Below are positions 22,227-29,208 of a stretch of DNA of 48,459 bases, one piece after another. The stretch lies in NCBI GenBank assembly GCA_015296025.1, contig DVDZ01000124.1:1-48459 (forward strand), given 5' to 3'. The DNA comes from Thermosynechococcus sp. M46_R2017_013. GTDB lineage: Bacteria > Cyanobacteriota > Cyanobacteriia > Thermosynechococcales > Thermosynechococcaceae. Position numbers and translations under genes: made by a program. The notes under the pieces are model-generated. The model saw only the letters and a program-made list of their open reading frames with translations. It had not been told where the DNA came from and searched no databases. Positions within the stretch are counted from its first letter, which is position 1, and each line of letters opens with the position of its first letter.

Positions 22227-23477
22227 CTAGACTGTGCTGAAAAACTGAGCAGCTGCCGCTTGCAGCTCTGCTACTTTGTCAAGTTTTTCCCAAGGTAAGT
22301 CGAGGTCACTTCGGCCGAAATGGCCATAAGCAGCTACATCTTGATAGAAGCGCCCGCCGCGCTCTTGGGGCAGGTGACACAGGCCGAAGGTTTGGATGAT
22401 GGCAGCAGGGCGCAGATCAAAATGGCTCTTAATCAACTCCAGTAATTGCTCTGGAGCGAGTTTACCCGTGCCAAAGGTATCCACAAACAGGCTCATGGGG
22501 CGAGCGACACCAATGGCATAGCTAATCTGTAACTCGCATTTATCGGCCAACCCCGCGGCAACAATGTTTTTGGCAATGTAACGAGCCATGTAGGCAGCAC
22601 TGCGATCCACCTTAGTGGGGTCTTTACCAGAAAAAGCACCGCCCCCGTGGCGGGCATAGCCACCGTAGGTATCCACAACGAGTTTACGTCCTGTCAGTCC
22701 TGAATCCCCTTGGGGACCACCAATTACAAATTTGCCCGTGGGATTGACGAGAAAGCGGGTATTGTCATCGGGTTTGATAGCCAGATCTGCAAAGACGGGT
22801 TTGACCACTGCTTCCTGCAGATCAGACTTGATCTTTTCTTGAATGGCAGCTTCATCGCTGATGTCACCAATGGTAGCTGTGTGTTGGGTGGAGATTAGAA
22901 TTGTATCAATGCCCACGGGCTTGCCATCCTCGTAGATGACGGTGACTTGGGTTTTACCATCGGGACGCAGGTAAGGGAGTTGACCCGTTTTGCGGACAGC
23001 GGCCAAGCGACGTGCCATGCGGTGAGCCAAACTAATGGGCAAGGGCATATACTCAGGAGTTTCATTGCAGGCATAGCCAAACATAATGCCCTGATCGCCC
23101 GCACCAATACGATCTAATTCAGCATGACTGAGGTGTTCCCGTGCTTCCTGGGCAGTGTCTACCCCGCGGGCAATGTCGGGAGATTGCTCATCAAGGGCAA
23201 CGATGACAGCACAGCTATTGGCAGCAAAGCCATTTTCAGCGTCGGTATAGCCAATTTCACGGATTTTCTGCCGAGCCAAGTTGACGTAGTTAACCTGTGC
23301 TTTGGTGGTAATTTCCCCCGTAATCAGCACAAGACCTGTATTCACAACGACCTCAGCGGCAACGCGACTCTGGGGATCCTGGGTAAGTAGAGCATCCAGA
23401 ATGGCATCGGCAATTTGGTCGCAGATTTTATCGGGGTGGCCTTCGGTGACGGATTCCGAACTAAATAAGTAACGCAA
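22227..23477 (-). CDS. metK: S-adenosylmethionine synthetase
   Basis: [21 protein letters not shown] and [16 protein letters not shown]; TTG start with AGGAG ribosome-binding site. Confidence 0.97.
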   Translation of the reverse strand: MRYLFSSESVTEGHPDKICDQIADAILDALLTQDPQSRVAAEVVVNTGLVLITGEITTKAQVNYVNLARQKIREIGYTDAENGFAANSCAVIVALDEQSPDIARGVDTAQEAREHLSHAELDRIGAGDQGIMFGYACNETPEYMPLPISLAHRMARRLAAVRKTGQLPYLRPDGKTQVTVIYEDGKPVGIDTILISTQHTATIGDISDEAAIQEKIKSDLQEAVVKPVFADLAIKPDDNTRFLVNPTGKFVIGGPQGDSGLTGRKLVVDTYGGYARHGGGAFSGKDPTKVDRSAAYMARYIAKNIVAAGLADKCELQISYAIGVARPMSLFVDTFGTGKLAPEQLLELIKSHFDLRPAAIIQTFGLCHLPQERGGRFYQDVAAYGHFGRSDLDLPWEKLDKVAELQAAAAQFFSTV

Positions 23478-23643
23478 GATAGCACTCCTATGGCATGAAT
23501 AACTGAAAGAGATGCAATCAATTTGCCTGCCCTAACACGGACTTTTGACTAAAAAACAAGGACTTGTTTCTAAATCTTAGAATTATACCTGAGCGGCGAG
23601 ACACAGGAGTGAATGCAATGATTGGTTAGACTAAAGGCAAATT

Positions 23644-24207
23644 TTAAGTGATTTCAAAGATGCCTGATTCGGTGCAAATCACCTGGAGGGGTTGATCCCA
23701 TGGATCACGGGGCAATTCTTCGACCACCGCTGACTCAAACACAATCCCCCAGCGACAAATGTGTTGCCAGTCTGGATGGGCGAAGAGACGATCGAAAAAA
23801 CCGGCGCCATAGCCGAGACGGTAGCCTTGGCGATCGCAAGCAATCGCAGGAACCAAACACAGATGAACGACCTTTAGATCAATGAGGGGAGCATTGGCAG
23901 CAGGTTGCCAAATGCCATAACGTCCTTGCTGGAGAGAGTCTTCTTTGCCACTAAAACAATGCCACTGCAAATTCTGACCTACGATACGGGGCAAACCCCA
24001 CTGTTTGGGAAGTGGCCAAAGGGAGCGCAAATCAGGTTCCCGCCGGTGGGGCACGTAGGTCAAAACCGTCGTTGCCTGTTGAAACTGGGGATGATTAAGC
24101 AAGTGCTGACAAATGCGCCGACTGCGATCTTGCCACTCGCGATCGCTCAAGTGCTGCCGCCATTGGAGATACTGTTGTCGCAGTTTGGTTTTTGCGTCAT
24201 CCCTCAT
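23644..24207 (-). CDS. 5-formyltetrahydrofolate cyclo-ligase (YgfA family)
   Basis: [30 protein letters not shown] and LPRDPWDQP. Confidence 0.92.
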   Translation of the reverse strand: MRDDAKTKLRQQYLQWRQHLSDREWQDRSRRICQHLLNHPQFQQATTVLTYVPHRREPDLRSLWPLPKQWGLPRIVGQNLQWHCFSGKEDSLQQGRYGIWQPAANAPLIDLKVVHLCLVPAIACDRQGYRLGYGAGFFDRLFAHPDWQHICRWGIVFESAVVEELPRDPWDQPLQVICTESGIFEIT

Positions 24208-24216
24208 TGGTTTTTA

Positions 24217-24493
24217 GACAAACTCCTGATTTTTACCGCTGCCCTTGTGGCCGAACGTCGTAAAGCACGGGGTCTCAAGCTCAATTATCCCGAAGCAGTG
24301 GCCATCTTTCCGCTGCTTTTTTGGAATAGGGTGCAGGAGGGACCCACAGTCACGGATTCAATGCACTGTGGCCCAACACTGTTCAGCCGCGATTGATGTC
24401 AAGGGGTACCGGAAATCCTCAACAGAGGTGCCAGTCAAGGCGACATTTCCCAATGGCACAAAGCTGGTGACCGTGCATACACCCATTTGCTGA
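24217..24493 (+). pseudogene. ureA: Urease gamma subunit remnant
   Basis: [29 protein letters not shown], then frame jumps and an in-frame TGA (24394-24396), then EV.V.ATFP.GTKLVTVH.PI in another frame. The start codon and first codons are missing. Confidence 0.88.
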
Positions 24494-24618
24494 AATCACA
24501 GAAAGTCTTAAGGATATTGAGTATTTTGGTATTTCAAGATACTTTACAGGCATTCAAAAATCTACTAACTTTTCCAAAGCCAAAGCTTTTCACGCTAAAC
24601 GCTTTACGAAGGGACGTT

Positions 24619-25173
24619 ATGGCAATTAATCCAACAGACTTCATGACAACGATGGTGCGTCGCGTCCAGCTCAGCGATGCCGACAAAGCCACCTTAACTG
24701 CCGCCGCTCCTTGGGGCAAAGAAATTGCCCCAGAAATGGCAGACATTTTCTATGACTATTTGGGGCGAGATGAGGAAATGAATGCCATCCTCAATGCAAC
24801 TGAAGGGCGTATTCATCGTCTCCGGCAAACGTTTGTGGAGTGGTTTGCAGAAATGTTTACCGGCATGGACGGCTGGGGCAAAAACTATGCCGATCGCCGT
24901 TGGAAAATTGGCTTAGTCCATGTGAAAGTCGGCATTGGGCCACAGCATGTCGTACCAGCCATGGCAGTCGTAGTGAATGCAGTGCGGCAAAAGCTGCGCC
25001 AAAGTGGTCAATCCGAAGTACTAGGGGATGCCCTCGGCAAGATCTGCATGATTGACTTGGCTTTTATTGAGCAGGCCTATTTTGAGGTGTCTGCCCAAGC
25101 TGTGTTGCAGGAAACTGGTTGGACACAAGCCCTCTTCCAGCGCCTCATTACGACCGGTGCTGCCTCGATGTAG
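24619..25173 (+). CDS. Single-domain sensor globin (protoglobin/globin-coupled-sensor type)
   Basis: 184 aa. A-helix LSDADKATL, B-helix ADIFYDYL (B10 Tyr), E-helix RLRQTFVEWF and F-helix RRWKIGLVHVKVGIGPQHV (proximal His). No fused transmitter domain. Confidence 0.85.
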   Translation: MAINPTDFMTTMVRRVQLSDADKATLTAAAPWGKEIAPEMADIFYDYLGRDEEMNAILNATEGRIHRLRQTFVEWFAEMFTGMDGWGKNYADRRWKIGLVHVKVGIGPQHVVPAMAVVVNAVRQKLRQSGQSEVLGDALGKICMIDLAFIEQAYFEVSAQAVLQETGWTQALFQRLITTGAASM

Positions 25174-25211
25174 TTGTTAGTTTTTGTAACTGCCGCCAAG
25201 AGGAAAACAAA

Positions 25212-25607
25212 ATGCCAATTGACGTTTCTAAACTTGAAGCCACATTACAAAGCTTTGTTGCCAATGCTAGTAATGTCCAAGGGGCAGCGTTGGTTTCCCC
25301 AGATGGTCTTACACTTGCTGCTGTTTTACCAGGGGGAATGGACGAAGAACGGGTAGCTGCAATGTCAGCAGCGATGCTATCGTTGGGTGAGCGAATTGGC
25401 CGCGAACTTAACCGTGGACAAATTGAGCGGATTTTAGTTGAGGGTGGCAGCGGCTATGGCATTCTCACTAGTTGTACTGAAGATGCTGTTCTTTTAGTCC
25501 TTGCTGATGCCTCAGCCAAACTGGGAATTATCAACCTTGAGATTAAAAATGTCTTGGCCGAATTGCAACTGCAACTGAGCAGTTTGAATCAAACCTTGGG
25601 CGTCTAG
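25212..25607 (+). CDS. Roadblock/LC7 domain protein (MglB/CvnB-like, putative GAP)
   Basis: VQGAALVSPDGL ... DEERVAAMSAAMLSLGERI..EL.RG.IE.I.V.G..G ... AKLG; GAGGA ribosome-binding site. Confidence 0.9.
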   Translation: MPIDVSKLEATLQSFVANASNVQGAALVSPDGLTLAAVLPGGMDEERVAAMSAAMLSLGERIGRELNRGQIERILVEGGSGYGILTSCTEDAVLLVLADASAKLGIINLEIKNVLAELQLQLSSLNQTLGV

Positions 25608-25619
25608 GAGTCACCGCCG

Positions 25620-26168
25620 ATGGAAATCATGCGCATTGTGGTGACAGGCCCTGTCGGTGCTGGCAAATCGACATTTATTCGCACAATTAGCGAGATTGAA
25701 GCGGTGGACACTGATCGCAAGGCCACGGATGAGGCAGCTAGTCTCAAACCCAAGACAACAGTAGCGATGGACTTTGGCCGGTTGCAGTTTAGCCCCAATA
25801 TGGCACTGCATTTATACGGCACTCCCGGCCAAGAGCGCTTTGACTTTATGTGGGACATTCTCATCCGTAAGGCTCATGCATTTATTTTGCTTGTGAGTTC
25901 TCATCGTCCCCAAGATTTCCGAGCAGCACGGCGAATCTCTGCCTTTATGCGCCATCGAACAAAAGTACCGATGATTTTGGGCTGTAGCCACGCTGACAAT
26001 CCCAATGCTTGGCCTATGGCAGAAATTGCTCTTGCCTTGGGTTACCTCAGTCCCCATGGCCGACCCCCCATGGTTGCGGTCAATGCCTTGGATCGCTCGT
26101 CGGTGGCAAACGCAATGATGCATTTGATTCAGGCCTACGCTGAAGCTCAAACCACTGCTGTTTACTAG
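25620..26168 (+). CDS. Small Ras-like GTPase (MglA/CvnD-like)
   Basis: G1 GPVGAGKST, G2 TTVAMDFG, G3 LYGTPGQERF.FMW; AGGAG ribosome-binding site overlapping the roadblock stop. Confidence 0.9.
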   Translation: MEIMRIVVTGPVGAGKSTFIRTISEIEAVDTDRKATDEAASLKPKTTVAMDFGRLQFSPNMALHLYGTPGQERFDFMWDILIRKAHAFILLVSSHRPQDFRAARRISAFMRHRTKVPMILGCSHADNPNAWPMAEIALALGYLSPHGRPPMVAVNALDRSSVANAMMHLIQAYAEAQTTAVY

Positions 26169-26215
26169 GAGATGCTATTTACTCAAGAAACGCTTGCAAG
26201 ATCAGGGGGAGACTC

Positions 26216-27109
26216 ATGAAGATCAGTGCTTATTTGTCTGAGTTTTCACTAGGAGAGGTTTTTCGTTTTCTGGAGCAGGGTCACAAAACAGGCTGTCTTT
26301 CTATCAAGACTATAGATAATCATAATCATTTATCTGGGCTCCTACTGCCGCCAAGCCAAGAACATTATCTTTTCTTCCGATATGGGCAAATAGTAGCAGC
26401 CACTACCACTTTAAACCATCAAGGCCTCTGTCAACTGATTGAGCAACGGGGCTTGCTTCATCCGCTAACCATACAGCGAATCATGAGCCGCTATCCGGCC
26501 AATGTGCCTTTAGGTGTTTTTCTCAAATCTCAAGGGATTATGGATGCACACCAAATCCAATTATTGTTTAAGCAACAGGTGTTAACTCCAATTCCCTATC
26601 TGTTTGCCTTGAAAGAGGGCTATTTTCACTTTGATGCCCATCATCCACTACCTTTTGCTGAAATGACTGGGCTAAGTGCTTCACCACAAGCAATTACATT
26701 AGCTGGCTTGCGGTTGTTGCGGGATTGGACGCCTCTGATGGATAAGTTGCCCTTGGCGGACTCAACAATGGTGAGCTTGGTCAGTGAACCGCCCTCTGTC
26801 CAACTAGGAAGAGTAGAGTGGCAGGTGTGGGAGCATATTAACGGCATGACCACGATTCAGGAAATTGCCCAGAGACTGAACCTAGATATTCTGGAAGTAC
26901 AAAAAATTTGTTTTCGCTTTGTCGTCATGGGCATGGTTGAAGAGGTTGTTAACATTGCCCCAGTAGCAGCAACCCATCCATGTCCCACAGAAATGGTAGA
27001 AGAGACCACCAATGACGTGGCGACCCCCTTAAGTTCATCATTCCTCAATGGGTTGGTGTCTTTTCTAAAAAACAAGACGGGTCTGCCTTCACTGCAATCG
27101 TCTCAGTGA
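26216..27109 (+). CDS. DUF4388/PATAN-type protein with C-terminal winged helix
   Basis: LSEFSLGEVFRFLEQGHKTGCLSI, FFRYGQIVAA, PLGVFLKSQG, LFALKEGYFHF and wHTH EWQVWEHINGMTTIQEIAQRLNL; GGGGAG ribosome-binding site. Confidence 0.8.
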   Translation: MKISAYLSEFSLGEVFRFLEQGHKTGCLSIKTIDNHNHLSGLLLPPSQEHYLFFRYGQIVAATTTLNHQGLCQLIEQRGLLHPLTIQRIMSRYPANVPLGVFLKSQGIMDAHQIQLLFKQQVLTPIPYLFALKEGYFHFDAHHPLPFAEMTGLSASPQAITLAGLRLLRDWTPLMDKLPLADSTMVSLVSEPPSVQLGRVEWQVWEHINGMTTIQEIAQRLNLDILEVQKICFRFVVMGMVEEVVNIAPVAATHPCPTEMVEETTNDVATPLSSSFLNGLVSFLKNKTGLPSLQSSQ

Positions 27110-27287
27110 CATATTTGTTTCAAGCGGGCGCTCGCGGGTACTCACCCCAAAATATCGCCGCAAAGTGTTCATTTCAGAGCTATTCATTTTCCGTAATGGC
27201 GGGGATGGCTGGATAGATTTGTGCCTGTGCTCGTCACAAGTACCTGCTGCCTGCTGAATTCTCCTCTGGAAAATTGATTGCAATTCA

Positions 27288-27312
27288 AATCCCGATAAAA
27301 ATAGTCGGATAT
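27288..27312. promoter_or_regulatory. Putative Rrf2-family (IscR/CymR-like) operator
   Basis: AATCCCGATAAAAATAGTCGGATAT is an imperfect palindrome. It matches 20/25 positions of the IscR type-1 consensus as I recall it (ATASYYGACTRWWWYAGTCRRSTAT) and abuts the -35 box. Confidence 0.5.
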
Positions 27313-27314
27313 GT

Positions 27315-27343
27315 TTGACAGGGCGATCGCCCCCTGCTAGGAT
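27315..27343 (+). promoter_or_regulatory. Sigma70-type promoter of the thrC-like/moaD pair
   Basis: TTGACA (27315-27320), 17-bp spacer, TAGGAT (27338-27343) with upstream TG; 33 bp before the ATG. Confidence 0.7.
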
Positions 27344-27376
27344 GGTCAACAACTTGTCTGAGGCAGTCTAAGACCC

Positions 27377-28675
27377 ATGACCGCAACCTTGACCTCCACT
27401 CCCGAAACCGCCTACTTTACCCACCTCAAATGTAAAGAGTGTGGTGCAGAGTACGAACCCAAAGCTATTCACGTCTGCGAATACTGCTTTGGTCCACTTG
27501 AGGTGAAGTACGACCTCAACCGACTGGCGACAGCCGTGACTCGCAGCACGATTGAGGCGGGTCCGAAGTCCATTTGGCGCTACCGTGCCTTTTTGCCGGT
27601 GACCTCGGCAAACCCCATTGATGTGGGGACGGGGATGACTCCCCTCATCAAAGCCCAGCGGCTGGCGCGGCGCCTCGGACTCAAACATCTGTACATCAAA
27701 AACGATGCTGTGAATATGCCTACCCTCAGCTTTAAGGATCGGGTGGTCTCGGTAGCATTGACGCGGGCGCGGGAACTGGGTTTTACGACGGTCTCCTGTG
27801 CCAGTACCGGCAACTTGGCGAATTCAACAGCGGCAATTGCTGCCTACGCTGGGCTAGACTGCTGTGTCTTTATCCCGGCAGATCTTGAAGCAGGCAAGGT
27901 CTTGGGCACGCTCATCTACGGGCCAGTGGTGATGGCCGTAGAGGGCAACTATGACCAAGTGAACCGCCTCTGCTCGGAAGTGGCCAATACCCACGGGTGG
28001 GGGTTTGTCAATATCAATTTGCGCCCCTACTACTCGGAAGGGTCCAAGACGCTTGGTTATGAGGTGATTGAACAGTTGGGCTGGCAGCTCCCTGACCACA
28101 TTGTGGCTCCCTTGGCCTCCGGTTCTTTGTTCACAAAAATTTACAAGGGCTTCCGCGAATTTGTGGAAGTAGGTCTTGTGGCCGACAAGCCAGTGCGTTG
28201 TAGTGGTGCTCAAGCCGCAGGCTGCTCTCCCATTGCGCAAGCCTATGCTGAAGGGCGGGACTTTGTAGCACCGGTGAAGCCCAACACGATTGCTAAATCC
28301 ATTGCCATTGGCAACCCTGCCGATGGGGTTTATGCTCTAGAGATTGCCCGCAAAACCAATGGGGCGATCGCGGCGGCCACCGACGAGGAAATTGTGGCAG
28401 GGATTAAGCTCCTAGCAGAAACAGAGGGTATTTTCACCGAAACGGCTGGCGGCACCACAATTGCTGTTCTCAAAAAGTTGGTGGAAGCGGGCAAAATTGA
28501 CTCCGAAGAGGTGACGGTTGTCTATATCACGGGCAATGGCCTGAAAACCCAAGAGGCAGTGCAAAACGACATTGGTCAACCTCTGACGATTGAACCCAAG
28601 TTGGCTAGCTTTGAGCGTGCCCTAGAGCGATCGCGCACGCTGGAACGGTTGGATTGGCAGCCGGTGTTGGTCTAG
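27377..28675 (+). CDS. thrC: Threonine synthase-like PLP fold-II enzyme
   Basis: N-terminal CxxC...CxxC, PTLSFKDR (PLP Lys), CASTGN, EGSKT and TGNGLKT. Confidence 0.85.
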   Translation: MTATLTSTPETAYFTHLKCKECGAEYEPKAIHVCEYCFGPLEVKYDLNRLATAVTRSTIEAGPKSIWRYRAFLPVTSANPIDVGTGMTPLIKAQRLARRLGLKHLYIKNDAVNMPTLSFKDRVVSVALTRARELGFTTVSCASTGNLANSTAAIAAYAGLDCCVFIPADLEAGKVLGTLIYGPVVMAVEGNYDQVNRLCSEVANTHGWGFVNINLRPYYSEGSKTLGYEVIEQLGWQLPDHIVAPLASGSLFTKIYKGFREFVEVGLVADKPVRCSGAQAAGCSPIAQAYAEGRDFVAPVKPNTIAKSIAIGNPADGVYALEIARKTNGAIAAATDEEIVAGIKLLAETEGIFTETAGGTTIAVLKKLVEAGKIDSEEVTVVYITGNGLKTQEAVQNDIGQPLTIEPKLASFERALERSRTLERLDWQPVLV

Positions 28676-28719
28676 GTTTTCTTGTCCTTTTGAAGTTGAT
28701 TGAGGGTTTCTAGAGGTCT

Positions 28720-28995
28720 ATGGCTGTTACCGTTTTGATTCCTACCCCCTTGCAAAAACTCACTCGCGATCAGGCCACGGTGGAGTGCCAAGCCCAATCG
28801 ATCGCTGAGCTGCTCGAAAAGTTAGAACAGGACTGCCCCGGCATCAAAGGGCGCCTCTGTGATGAAAGTGGTCAACTGCGGCGATTCGTGAATTTCTATG
28901 TCAACAATGAGGATATTCGTTTCCTGAATGGCCTTGAAACGCCCCTCAAGGATGGCGACGAAGTCAGCATCATTCCCGCGATCGCTGGCGGCTAG
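28720..28995 (+). CDS. MoaD/ThiS/CysO-family ubiquitin-like sulfur carrier
   Basis: [15 protein letters not shown] ... [14 protein letters not shown] ... IIPAIAGG with C-terminal di-glycine. Confidence 0.92.
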   Translation: MAVTVLIPTPLQKLTRDQATVECQAQSIAELLEKLEQDCPGIKGRLCDESGQLRRFVNFYVNNEDIRFLNGLETPLKDGDEVSIIPAIAGG

Positions 28996-29208
28996 GGCAG
29001 AACACAGTGAGAATGGTTGGCTCCTGTTGAGAGGATTGAATGCTGATCACAGGAGCATTAAGCTTTTGTGCAAATATTTTTCATATCCTTGAGAAAACGC
29101 CGATAGAGAACTTCCCGACGGGGGCGATCGCCCCCCAACACTCTGAGCATCTACTGGTTCTAGGGCAGAGATTTGCTAGGATCAGGCACCGTTTGCCGCT
29201 GCCATCTA

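Noticed and set aside
23478-23643. Possible SAM riboswitch upstream of metK
   Set aside because: No SAM-I core motifs are seen; only a TATAAT box (23582-23587, minus strand) and a ribosome-binding site.
24208-24618. 6S RNA upstream of the YgfA-family gene, as in many bacteria
   Set aside because: The region is explained by the ureA remnant and shows no long rod-like self-complementarity.
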